Below are positions 10,379 to 19,374 of a DNA stretch of 64,000 nt, one piece after another. A program made the translations under genes and the position numbers. This DNA is from an uncultured Flavobacteriales bacterium (GTDB lineage Bacteria; Bacteroidota; Bacteroidia; Flavobacteriales_D; Crocinitomicaceae), in assembly GCA_943846635.1 (NCBI GenBank), contig OX044359.1:529689-593688 (forward strand). The letters are read 5' to 3'. The notes under the pieces were generated by a model that ran no database searches, was not told the origin of the DNA, and saw nothing but the letters and a program-made list of their open reading frames with translations. Numbering within the stretch: position 1 is the first letter of the stretch; each line of letters begins with the position of its first letter.

Positions 10379-11382
10379 TCAAATTTTATAGACTTTAGTT
10401 TATTTAAGGCCATTAGTTCCTGTTGCTCTATTATGCGCATTCCCTCAGCAATATGATCAAAGTCTGATTGCTCGGTAGCTCGACCTTTTAGCGTTTGCGC
10501 CATGGTCATCGCAGAATTCCTCCACATATCACCTGCCTTCGTGAAATCATTCGATATTTCTAAAAGCTGGTCATTCATAATATACTTATAAGCTTCTTCT
10601 AAAAATGCTGCATAGATATATCTAAATCCACCTCCACCAGTACCAATTTCTTCTTGCATTCTAATTATTTGACCTAAATAAAGACTAGCTTTTCTTACGC
10701 CGAGTTGGTCTCTCCATTTAGAAACTCTATTTGCCGTGTATCCAATTCCAGAAACTCCAGCTGGTTTACCTGGTATTTTTAACATATCACGGCAATTCCT
10801 TTTGATTCCCGCTTTAATGGCTTTTGGAAAATCAAGATTAGTTGTCTTTACTAATTCAGGAGAATATAAATGTCCTTTAGGGGCAAGAACTCCTTTTGCA
10901 AACCTTACAATTCTCAGGTCTTCCTCGCTGATCAAAGTCGTTTCTTCCATTGTCGGATCACTAACCAAATATTCATTTCCTTGTTTGCCGTATATGATAA
11001 TATTATGTGCGTTGAAGTGAAACCTATATTCTTTTGGAAAATAAGGTAAATTGTAGACGCCTACTTGACATCCCGTTATTTTTCCTTGATCTAATTGTCT
11101 ATCCAAATATTCCATGGCCTTATCCTCAGAATTGAATTTCTTATGTGTAATGGGAATATCTAAAGCTTTACACGTTCTACTGAAAATAGCCCCGGGAAAG
11201 GTGCGAAATGAAATACTTGGCCCTCCATTGACTTTCATGAATGGAATATGAATATAAAAAAGACCTGAACCAATCCCAAAAGCCATTGGCTCTGAAACTC
11301 CTTCTATACCATTGTGGTGCAGAAGACTTGATGTCACACCATTTTCACAATGAGCACTTTGAATATGTTCAAACTCTTTCAA
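10375..11382 (-). CDS. BtrH N-terminal domain / DUF4872-like protein
   Basis: N-terminal HCENGVTSSLL motif and about 335 aa match my recollection of the BtrH-like family. The family call was not verified by HMM. Confidence 0.55.
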   Translation of the reverse strand: MKEFEHIQSAHCENGVTSSLLHHNGIEGVSEPMAFGIGSGLFYIHIPFMKVNGGPSISFRTFPGAIFSRTCKALDIPITHKKFNSEDKAMEYLDRQLDQGKITGCQVGVYNLPYFPKEYRFHFNAHNIIIYGKQGNEYLVSDPTMEETTLISEEDLRIVRFAKGVLAPKGHLYSPELVKTTNLDFPKAIKAGIKRNCRDMLKIPGKPAGVSGIGYTANRVSKWRDQLGVRKASLYLGQIIRMQEEIGTGGGGFRYIYAAFLEEAYKYIMNDQLLEISNDFTKAGDMWRNSAMTMAQTLKGRATEQSDFDHIAEGMRIIEQQELMALNKLKSIKFD

Positions 11383-11777
11383 ATTTTTATTTCTTTAAGA
11401 TCTTGAATACTTATTTTAAATAAGTCTGCATAAACTTTTAACTTATTATCTTTCAATTTGTTAAAAACAGCAGGTTTCATATGTCTATTGATAGTGAATT
11501 TCCAATAACCTGAATACTGCGCTAGTAAAGAAGTGTCCATAAGGTTATTCAGCATATGAAAATACAAAGGGCTTTTTACTCCTTTATTAAACGCAATGAT
11601 TGCTTTTTCTTTCTGAATCTCAATATCGTCCCAGGCTGCATCAAGGGCATCTTTTTTTACATCCCAACCTTTACTCAATACCGTCTCATAATTCCCATCA
11701 GAATTTTTTGCATAACAAACCTCTTTTGTGAAGTTTTTCAAAGCACTTTCGTCCTGTGGTATTTCGTTGGTTTTCAT
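11379..11777 (-). CDS. hypothetical protein (132 aa) inside the biosynthetic operon
   Basis: Overlaps the downstream BtrH-like gene by 4 nt and starts 3 nt after the upstream darB stop. No recognisable motif. Confidence 0.6.
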   Translation of the reverse strand: MKTNEIPQDESALKNFTKEVCYAKNSDGNYETVLSKGWDVKKDALDAAWDDIEIQKEKAIIAFNKGVKSPLYFHMLNNLMDTSLLAQYSGYWKFTINRHMKPAVFNKLKDNKLKVYADLFKISIQDLKEIKI

Positions 11778-11780
11778 ATG

Positions 11781-12938
11781 TTAAACAACTGTTAATAAGC
11801 AAAAAACGTACGAAAATCTTGAGCTCTCTGGAACAGCTAACAATATAGTTTCACCTTTCGATAACTTGTCTGATTTAAACAATTCATCTACCATGAGGTA
11901 AATAGAGCCTGAACCAACATTGCCTTTGGTTGCTAAATTAGTAAACCACTTTTCATTAGGAATAATTATGTTATTACTTCTAAGTACCTCATCTATTTTA
12001 TCTTCAAAAAAATAGCTAGAAAGATGTGGGAGAAAATGATCCACAGTTGATGGGTCATAATTGTGCTTTTTACAAATGTCCGCGAGTTTATCGAAGCCTA
12101 ATCGTACAATTTTTTCACCCAAAACTTTGGTGTCTTGTTTTATGCTAAAAATCGACTTTTTAATGAGGTCTTCTTGGCTATAATCTTTATAACTCAATAA
12201 TTTCCCATGCTCATCAAAATCTGACCCCATATACATGCATACAGGCTGTTCGTCAGCATAAGAGATTGCTTCCATCCACTCTATTCGCAATGAATGTGAA
12301 TCTTTATTCGGGGTATTATTCAGTAAAAAAGCCCCAGCACCATCAGAAAGCATCCATCTCAGAAAGTCTTTTTCAAATGCCAAAATTGGTTTCTCTTCTA
12401 CCTTCGTGATTGCTTCCAATTCTTCTTGGTAGTTTTCGCTTCTTAAAGTCTTCGCAAGTCTTTCTGAACCAGTTGAAATTGCTGTCTTTTTATCTCCTGT
12501 TTTAATAGACAAGAAACTATATTTTAACGCATGCATCCCAGAGCAACAAACTCCAGAAGGTGATACCACCTCGATTGAGCCTAATTCTGGCAACTCTCCA
12601 TGCACCATAACACCATGACTTGGCATTAGTTGATCGGGACTAGAAGTGCCACAAGCAAGTAGCTCAATAGGATCAATATTATTCTCTAGAAGTTTCCGAA
12701 TAGCAAGACTCACCATCTCGGCATTTGAATGCGTAGAATTACCATCTTTGTCAATAGCGTAATAGCGTTCTTTTATTTTGTTATTCCTAAGAATTAAGTT
12801 TTTAGTTCTTGAAACAGTTCCATTAATAAACCCCATATACTCTTCAATAACATCATTCGTTATTGCCGTATTTGGTAAGAACGAACTTGTATTAATGATA
12901 TAAACCTCTTCCATCTCGTCTTTCTTACTTTGCATCAA
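11781..12938 (-). CDS. darB: beta-ketoacyl-ACP synthase III-like condensing enzyme (DarB-type)
   Basis: KAS III Cys-His-Asn motifs: GVCCSGMHALKY, DHFLPHLSS, TKGNVGSGSIY. Overlaps the DarA-like gene by 14 nt. Confidence 0.75.
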   Translation of the reverse strand: MMQSKKDEMEEVYIINTSSFLPNTAITNDVIEEYMGFINGTVSRTKNLILRNNKIKERYYAIDKDGNSTHSNAEMVSLAIRKLLENNIDPIELLACGTSSPDQLMPSHGVMVHGELPELGSIEVVSPSGVCCSGMHALKYSFLSIKTGDKKTAISTGSERLAKTLRSENYQEELEAITKVEEKPILAFEKDFLRWMLSDGAGAFLLNNTPNKDSHSLRIEWMEAISYADEQPVCMYMGSDFDEHGKLLSYKDYSQEDLIKKSIFSIKQDTKVLGEKIVRLGFDKLADICKKHNYDPSTVDHFLPHLSSYFFEDKIDEVLRSNNIIIPNEKWFTNLATKGNVGSGSIYLMVDELFKSDKLSKGETILLAVPESSRFSYVFCLLTVV

Positions 12939-13833
12939 TTAGCAAAATTAATCTTTTTTCTTGTCTTTCTGTCTTTAAAACAAATGGTCTTACAAGTATT
13001 GCGTATAAGGTTAAGATGATTGGGGAAACAATAAACAATGCAAATATTAGATAAAACCTAAAAAAGAGCAACCAGCTTTTCCTTTTTTGTGGAGTTGTTC
13101 CTTTTTTAACAATGATGTTTGCCCAAATTTTAAATAATCTCTTCGCCTTTTTTTCAATAAAAATAATTGTCCAATGAAGATCAATCTTACCCAAAGATAG
13201 AATAGAATCTTGCAAGTTTTGTTCACCATTTTCAAAGTGATTTTTTATCACCTCACCAAACTCACCCGCCTCTCCAATGTCTTTATCAGAAATTCCTGGT
13301 TTCGGAAATATTCCCCATTTTTTTTCTTTTGTCCCTTTGAACATCCAATGCATTATGCTTACTGCACTTAATAAATTAGGTTTTCGATCAATTAAAGGAA
13401 TATTACCGATGTGGATTGCACCCAGCTCTTCTATTCGAGAAGAAACTTCTTTATGAGCATTAATCCACATATTTCTTGCACCAACAACAGTAATTACCGG
13501 TGTATTTTTTATTATGCTCTGAAACTTTGCATCATTCAAAATTCCATGAGTTGGAATACTGGGACTTAAAAACCATGGTTGATAACCAAAAATGACCAAA
13601 TCATATTTATCGTATTTTAAGTTAAAAGTTTCTATTGCACAACCTTTACTCAATACGCAATCAGGCATGGCTTCAAAGAAGTTAGATTTACTCCAAGGAA
13701 ACGGAAAATTCGGATCTGGATAAAACCGAACGTGATCTATTGTATGATCAGTGTTTAAAAAAGGTCGTGCAAAATTTTTTAAAACCTCGGTAAGCTGACC
13801 CGTTTGAGAATAATGAATAACAAGAATTCTCAT
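12925..13833 (-). CDS. darA: dialkylresorcinol condensing/aromatising enzyme DarA-like (flavodoxin-like fold)
   Basis: The N-terminus MRILVIHYSQTGQL, FPFPW, YQPWFLSPS and RNMW motifs match the DarA family as I recall it. C-terminal TM segment. Adjacent to the KAS III gene. Confidence 0.7.
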   Translation of the reverse strand: MRILVIHYSQTGQLTEVLKNFARPFLNTDHTIDHVRFYPDPNFPFPWSKSNFFEAMPDCVLSKGCAIETFNLKYDKYDLVIFGYQPWFLSPSIPTHGILNDAKFQSIIKNTPVITVVGARNMWINAHKEVSSRIEELGAIHIGNIPLIDRKPNLLSAVSIMHWMFKGTKEKKWGIFPKPGISDKDIGEAGEFGEVIKNHFENGEQNLQDSILSLGKIDLHWTIIFIEKKAKRLFKIWANIIVKKGTTPQKRKSWLLFFRFYLIFALFIVSPIILTLYAILVRPFVLKTERQEKRLILLIDAK

Positions 13834-14297
13834 AGGTTAATTTTATATTCTGGCTGATCAATATTAAAATCCTGAATAATCTTATATAGTGACTTCCTAA
13901 TCGTTTTATTTTGTGATTCTAAAAAATATTTGTCCTTATCTATTTTATCCTTATACCTAGTTATTTTTGGCGAATTACATTGGATTACATATCTTAAAAA
14001 AATCAATTCGACGTTTTTTGAGTCCAATGCTATCGCTTTTTCAATGTTACCTGCTCCTGCTTTAAACTCTTGAACTTTTTCCTTTGGGGTAGTTAAATAG
14101 GATGACTTTTTCGCCTTTAAAGCTCCAACATAGCATAATGCCAAATTCGATTTTTTTATTTTGCCTTCCAATAAATTTATTTTATTTGTTAATTGGACAG
14201 CCGTTCCTTCTTTAAGTAAAGAATATATTTCCGCATCCATTTGAGCGATGGAAAACAGCGCGTATAATTGAAAAAGAAATAGGAGATGAAATTTCAT
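13830..14297 (-). CDS. hypothetical secreted protein (155 aa)
   Basis: Signal-peptide-like N-terminus MKFHLLFLFQLYALFSIAQ. Overlaps both neighbouring genes. Confidence 0.6.
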   Translation of the reverse strand: MKFHLLFLFQLYALFSIAQMDAEIYSLLKEGTAVQLTNKINLLEGKIKKSNLALCYVGALKAKKSSYLTTPKEKVQEFKAGAGNIEKAIALDSKNVELIFLRYVIQCNSPKITRYKDKIDKDKYFLESQNKTIRKSLYKIIQDFNIDQPEYKINL

Positions 14298-15346
14298 TAA
14301 ACTAGACTACATTCAAGGATTGTATGATAACTGTCACCAATTAAAGGATATTCTTTGTCAACTTTGAAACCGGCATTTTTCAATATATATTCAAACGATG
14401 ATTTTGAATACATTTTACTATTGCCGTTTGCTATTGCTGTAAAATAAAGAGAAGTTGCCACCAAACTGAATTTAGCTGCTGGATAGTCCTGATTATCAAT
14501 AAAAGTCTCCATTATAAACACTTTTGATTCTTTCTTAGCATTTTTCTTTATTTTGAGTAAAATACTCTCGATTTCACTTTCACTAAAGCAATCCAAAAAT
14601 TGACTCATCCAATATACATCAGCTCCTCCTGGAATTTCTGTTTCAGGCTTTAAAATATCAATAGGATGATACGAAATTCTATCTTTAAATGTTGTCGTAT
14701 TCTCAATGTTCTTTTTCGCTAACTCAACCTGTCCGGGCAAATCAACAATTTTAACTTCAACATCCGAACTATTATTACACGACGCAATAGCCCACTTCCC
14801 AGTGTTTCCACCAATGTCAAATATTAAATTAGGATTATTATTAAATATAATTTTCAAAGCATCATCAAATGCGTCATCACTATAATAGTGATCAAACTCC
14901 AACCATGATTTTCTTAATTCTGGACTCAACTGAGACAAACCTTCGTAAATTGTTTTCCAAGGACCATACTCTTTAAGTCCTTCTGCTTTTCCGTTTTTTA
15001 TAGAATCAGTAAGATTAAACAATCCTTTATAACAGTTATCATTTGTAAAACGCAGATTAACATTAGTCATCATATCGGAATGCAGATAAAAACCAATCTT
15101 CGTTAAATCAATTTGACCTTCTTCATTTAATGTTAACACCTCAGCAGCAACTGCCATTTCCACCAGAACAAGCACGCCATAATCAGAAACCCCAGTATCT
15201 TGGGATAAACTTGCAAGTGTTGCTTTCCCTCTAGCTTTTCGAATAGCTGCCATTATTCCCAAATCTTTCATCGCTATGCAAGTTTGGAAAACAAAAGGTC
15301 CAAATGCAATTTTTTGTGCTTCGTATTTTGCTTCTAACGCTTTCAT
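14297..15346 (-). CDS. SAM-dependent O-methyltransferase
   Basis: SAM-binding motif I, LIFDIGGNTGKW, preceded by a helical dimerisation-like N-terminal domain. 349 aa. Confidence 0.85.
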   Translation of the reverse strand: MKALEAKYEAQKIAFGPFVFQTCIAMKDLGIMAAIRKARGKATLASLSQDTGVSDYGVLVLVEMAVAAEVLTLNEEGQIDLTKIGFYLHSDMMTNVNLRFTNDNCYKGLFNLTDSIKNGKAEGLKEYGPWKTIYEGLSQLSPELRKSWLEFDHYYSDDAFDDALKIIFNNNPNLIFDIGGNTGKWAIASCNNSSDVEVKIVDLPGQVELAKKNIENTTTFKDRISYHPIDILKPETEIPGGADVYWMSQFLDCFSESEIESILLKIKKNAKKESKVFIMETFIDNQDYPAAKFSLVATSLYFTAIANGNSKMYSKSSFEYILKNAGFKVDKEYPLIGDSYHTILECSLV

Positions 15347-15412
15347 CTAATTCTATTTTTCATTTTCAAGTATTCCAATTTTTCAATTCTGACATTTACA
15401 TATCAAGGCTTA

Positions 15413-15420
15413 CAAAAATA
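15413..15420 (-). promoter_or_regulatory. candidate Bacteroidota -7 box (TATTTTTG) for the biosynthetic operon
   Basis: Matches the TAnnTTTG consensus on the minus strand, 67 nt upstream of the methyltransferase start. No clear -33 TTG. Confidence 0.3.
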
Positions 15421-15507
15421 TCATAAAATGGCGATTCTACGATTTTCTTTTACACTTATCCATTCAATTATCTGACCAAATTGTAAAAAAACGAATTATC
15501 TTCGTGT

Positions 15508-16536
15508 ATGCAATCAAGTGAACGTTTCATGAAGCGATGCATCCAGCTAGCAAAATTGGGTGATGGAAAGGTGGCGCCGAACCCTTTAGTTGGTGCTGTA
15601 ATAGTTCATGAAGGTAAAATTATTGGAGAGGGTTATCATCAAAAGTTTGGTGGGCCGCACGCTGAAGTTAATGCGATCAATAGCGTTCATGACCAATCAA
15701 TTCTTTCAAAATCTACAATTTATGTTTCACTTGAGCCATGCGCACATATTGGAAAAACGCCCCCTTGTGCTAACTTATTAGTGAAACATAGATTTCAAAA
15801 AGTAGTAATTGGCAGTCTTGATTCGCATTCAAAAGTAGATGGTAAAGGCATACAATTATTAAAAAATGCAGGGATAGAAGTTAAACTAGGGGTTTTAGAA
15901 GATGAATGCCGTGAACTCAATAAGCATTTTTTTACATTTCATGTAAAACGAAGGCCTTATATTTTATTAAAATGGGCTGAGACGAAAAATGGGTTAATTG
16001 ATTCAGGAAGTAACAATGGAGAAATCAACTGGATCTCTTCAAAAGAAACTCAATCCTATGTTCATCAGTTAAGAGCGACTTATCAATCTATTTTGGTTGG
16101 AGCCAATACAGTGGAAAATGACAATCCTTCTTTAACGGTTCGAATGGTGGAAGGTAAAAATCCAATTCGCGTAATAATTGACCCGCATTTAAGACTAGAC
16201 CATTCAAACCAAGTATTTAATCAGGATGCCAAAACAATAATAATTAATCGATCTAAAAATAAGATTGAACAAAACGTTGAATGGGTAAAGGTTGTAGAAT
16301 TGACCCCAAAAAACATCCTCAATGAACTTTATAAACGAATGATTAATTCCGTATTAATTGAAGGTGGAAAAATGACCTTACAATCATTTATTGACTCTAA
16401 TTTATGGGATGAGACAAATCGAATTATTGGTCAATCAACATTTGAAACTGGAACATCCGCACCAATAATAAATACAGAACCAACAAATAAAGATTCTTTT
16501 TTTAAAGACGTAATTCTAACATACCACAATAAATGA
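15508..16536 (+). CDS. ribD: bifunctional riboflavin biosynthesis deaminase/reductase
   Basis: Zn-deaminase motifs HAEVNAI and PCAHIGKTPPC, followed by a C-terminal reductase domain. 342 aa. Confidence 0.92.
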   Translation: MQSSERFMKRCIQLAKLGDGKVAPNPLVGAVIVHEGKIIGEGYHQKFGGPHAEVNAINSVHDQSILSKSTIYVSLEPCAHIGKTPPCANLLVKHRFQKVVIGSLDSHSKVDGKGIQLLKNAGIEVKLGVLEDECRELNKHFFTFHVKRRPYILLKWAETKNGLIDSGSNNGEINWISSKETQSYVHQLRATYQSILVGANTVENDNPSLTVRMVEGKNPIRVIIDPHLRLDHSNQVFNQDAKTIIINRSKNKIEQNVEWVKVVELTPKNILNELYKRMINSVLIEGGKMTLQSFIDSNLWDETNRIIGQSTFETGTSAPIINTEPTNKDSFFKDVILTYHNK

Positions 16537-17402
16537 TTCCTCTCATACTATCCATTCTTTCAAGCACCATCATTTTTATCATTTTTAGAATGTTTAAGAG
16601 GTTTGAAGTTGACACTTTCCAGGCAATTGTTTTCAATTACTTTACTGCAGCTGGAATCGGATTCACACTCTATGGCCACACTTGGAATCCCGAAGCTTGG
16701 GTGCAAAATAGCTGGATGATTTATTCTTTAATCACAAGCTTCTTGTTCATTTCGTTGTTCTTTCTTATGGGTTTAAGCTCACAAAATAATGGTGTCGCCT
16801 CGACGTCAATAGCCGTTAAAATGAGCATGGCAATTTCATTAACTCTTTTCGTTTTTTACTATAAAGAATCGCCATCTCTACTTAAAATTACCGGAATACT
16901 ACTTGCATTTATTAGTGTAATCCTTGTCTCACTGCCTAATAAGAAAAATAGATCTATCAGTAATCACAAATGGATGCTCATTGTTCTTTTCTTTGGTGGA
17001 GGAGCGCTTGACTTCGTGCTAAACTATGTTCAAGAAAGCCAATTGAATGTTTTAGAGCCTTCTTTATTTTCTGCAATTAGCTTTGGATTAGCAGGATGCA
17101 TTGGAGTTCTAATCCTTAGTTTTAAATTAATGAAAGGCAGTTCTAAATTGGCCATTAAAAATATAATCGGTGGAATTACTTTGGGAATCCCAAACTTTTT
17201 TTCAATCTACTTTCTGCTACTAGCATACACAACAACAGGCTGGACAGACACAACTGTTTTGGCACTCACCAACGTTTCTGTTGTTATAGGAACTGTAATT
17301 ATTGGACTAATCATTTTCAAAGAATCCAAAACTTCAAAAAAAATGATCGGATTGGCAATTGCCCTTCTGGCCATAATTACTTTGTATATTGCAGAACAAT
17401 AA
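16533..17402 (+). CDS. DMT-superfamily (EamA-like) membrane protein
   Basis: About 10 TM helices arranged as two 5-TM halves. The start overlaps the ribD stop (ATGA). Confidence 0.6.
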   Translation: MIPLILSILSSTIIFIIFRMFKRFEVDTFQAIVFNYFTAAGIGFTLYGHTWNPEAWVQNSWMIYSLITSFLFISLFFLMGLSSQNNGVASTSIAVKMSMAISLTLFVFYYKESPSLLKITGILLAFISVILVSLPNKKNRSISNHKWMLIVLFFGGGALDFVLNYVQESQLNVLEPSLFSAISFGLAGCIGVLILSFKLMKGSSKLAIKNIIGGITLGIPNFFSIYFLLLAYTTTGWTDTTVLALTNVSVVIGTVIIGLIIFKESKTSKKMIGLAIALLAIITLYIAEQ

Positions 17403-17408
17403 ATAAAA

Positions 17409-18263
17409 ATGAAAATACATCCATTAAATACCGGAAATTTTAAATTAGATGGGGGCGCTATGTTTGGTGTGGTTCCAAAATCACTGTGGCAAAGAACTAA
17501 TCCAGCAGACAACAACAATTTGTGTGATTGGTCTATGCGCACAATGTTAATTGAAGATGGAAATAAGCTTATTTTAGTGGACACTGGTATTGGTGATAAG
17601 CAATCAGAAAAATTTTTCTCTCATTATCACCTTTCTGATGAAAACAGCCTCGTTCCTAATTTAAATAAGCTAGGGTACGGATTGGATGAAGTCACAGATG
17701 TGTTTTTAACTCATTTACATTTTGACCATTGTGGAGGTGCTGTTAAATGGAACAAAGATCGAACTGGACTCGACACGGTTTTTAAAAACGCACATTATTG
17801 GAGTACAGATAATCATTGGAAATGGGCAACGGAGCCAAACGCTCGGGAAAAAGCATCTTTCCTCAAGGAAAACATTATGCCTATTCAAGAAAGTGGACAA
17901 CTTAAATTTATTGAAAGAAATGGCGACTATACAAAAAATGCTTTTAATAATTTCGATGTGTTATTTGTAGATGGCCATACAGAAAGCATGATGATTCCTC
18001 ATGTTAAATATAAAGGAAAAACTATTGTCTTTATGGCTGATTTACTGCCCAGTATCGGCCATATACCATTGCCTTACGTGATGGGTTATGACACAAGACC
18101 TTTGCTTACCTTAAGTGAAAAAGAGAAGTTCTTAAAAATTGCGGCAAAAGAAGAATTTATTCTATTTTTAGAGCATGACTTTCACAACGAATGCTGTACA
18201 CTGCAAGAAACAGATAGAGGTGTTAGAGTAAAGGAAACATTTTCTTTTAACGAGTTATTTTAA
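17409..18263 (+). CDS. MBL-fold metallo-hydrolase
   Basis: HxHxDH motif LTHLHFDHCGG. Confidence 0.8.
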   Translation: MKIHPLNTGNFKLDGGAMFGVVPKSLWQRTNPADNNNLCDWSMRTMLIEDGNKLILVDTGIGDKQSEKFFSHYHLSDENSLVPNLNKLGYGLDEVTDVFLTHLHFDHCGGAVKWNKDRTGLDTVFKNAHYWSTDNHWKWATEPNAREKASFLKENIMPIQESGQLKFIERNGDYTKNAFNNFDVLFVDGHTESMMIPHVKYKGKTIVFMADLLPSIGHIPLPYVMGYDTRPLLTLSEKEKFLKIAAKEEFILFLEHDFHNECCTLQETDRGVRVKETFSFNELF

Positions 18264-18277
18264 CAAAACAGGAACAA

Positions 18278-19351
18278 ATGGATAAGTATCTTTTAGAAAT
18301 TCTCAAACTAGTCAATACTATTATCATTCCTAATTTAGGAGCATTAACAATTACGGATTCAGATTCTGGTGATATTATGTTTATGTCATACTTAAAGCAT
18401 GATGACGGGAAATTAGCTGCACATATTGCTAAAAAAGAAGGATGGGAAGAAAACGATGCTAAGAATCTCATTTCGAAATACGTCCGCGAGATACTATCTG
18501 ACCTTGATAAAGGCGAAGAATATGTGATGTATGAATTCGGTACCTTTTATAAAGATGGAGAGGATATCCAATTTAAAAACTGGAACACAAAAAAACACAC
18601 GATCGTAACTCCGGAAGTTAAGGAAGTTAAGGAAGTTAAGGAAGTTAAGGAAGTTAAGGAAGTTAAGGAAGTTAAGGAAGTTAAGGAAAAAACGAAAATT
18701 GTTCCGATTGTAAAACCTGAAAAAGATTTAAATATTGTTGAAAAAGAAGCTAAGGCTGCTACAATTGAAAAACTAAATCAGCTTAAGAAAGACAAGGAGG
18801 AAAACGAAAAAGACAAGAAAAAAGGAGCTGGATTCTGGGTAGGAATAGCACTGCTAGTCGTTTTACTTGGCGGAGGTATTCTAGCTGCTTTGAACTTTGA
18901 TTACTTAAAACAAACATTACCATTTTTAGCTGACAACAATGACGTTACCTCTAAAAAGGATAATTCTGACAATTATCAAGCAGAGAGCGAATCAACCAAC
19001 TTGAATGTAGAACTAGAAGAGTCGGTTATCGATGAAACTGAAGAACAGGCTATTGAGGAAGAGAACTTTTCAGAACCCGAAGTGATAGATATCGTTAATG
19101 AAGAGCCAATAATAGAGTCATCTATTGACACACCAAAGCCATACAACATTATTGCTGGTGCTTTTTCTTCAGAGGATAATGCCATCAAATTAGTTGACAA
19201 ATTAAAATCATTAGGCCATCCCGCAACCTTTAAAAAGAAGAATGGAATGCATATCGTTAGCGCCAAGTCTTTTGCAACTAAAGAAGAAGCACGAGCTGAA
19301 CTAAGCGAGATAAAAAATGATGTTCCAGCAGGTTGGATTAGTAAATGGTAA
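18278..19351 (+). CDS. SPOR-domain protein with an HU-like N-terminal domain, an EVK repeat and one TM helix
   Basis: C-terminal SPOR-like segment YNIIAGAFSSEDNAIKLVDKLKSLGH. Central TM helix FWVGIALLVVLLGGGILAAL. Acidic linker. Confidence 0.7.
   Translation: MDKYLLEILKLVNTIIIPNLGALTITDSDSGDIMFMSYLKHDDGKLAAHIAKKEGWEENDAKNLISKYVREILSDLDKGEEYVMYEFGTFYKDGEDIQFKNWNTKKHTIVTPEVKEVKEVKEVKEVKEVKEVKEVKEKTKIVPIVKPEKDLNIVEKEAKAATIEKLNQLKKDKEENEKDKKKGAGFWVGIALLVVLLGGGILAALNFDYLKQTLPFLADNNDVTSKKDNSDNYQAESESTNLNVELEESVIDETEEQAIEEENFSEPEVIDIVNEEPIIESSIDTPKPYNIIAGAFSSEDNAIKLVDKLKSLGHPATFKKKNGMHIVSAKSFATKEEARAELSEIKNDVPAGWISKW
18614..18685 (+). repeat. perfect 9-bp tandem repeat (gaagttaag) x8, encoding (EVK)8
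   Basis: Counted directly in the sequence: eight identical in-frame copies. Confidence 0.95.
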
Positions 19352-19374
19352 TGCAGTCGCTATCGCATTCTCAA

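Noticed and set aside
13047-13235. 62-aa minus-strand ORF inside darA in another frame
   Set aside because: It is fully nested in the DarA-like ORF. Its Lys/Leu-rich composition is typical of an off-frame translation.
15347-15507. Possible FMN riboswitch in the ribD leader
   Set aside because: The 160-nt region is very AT-rich. It has none of the conserved GC-rich RFN helices or core motifs that I can recognise.
18614-18685. The tandem repeat as a possible CRISPR or other non-coding array
   Set aside because: The units are 9 bp, contiguous with no spacers, and in frame within a long ORF. This is a coding microsatellite.
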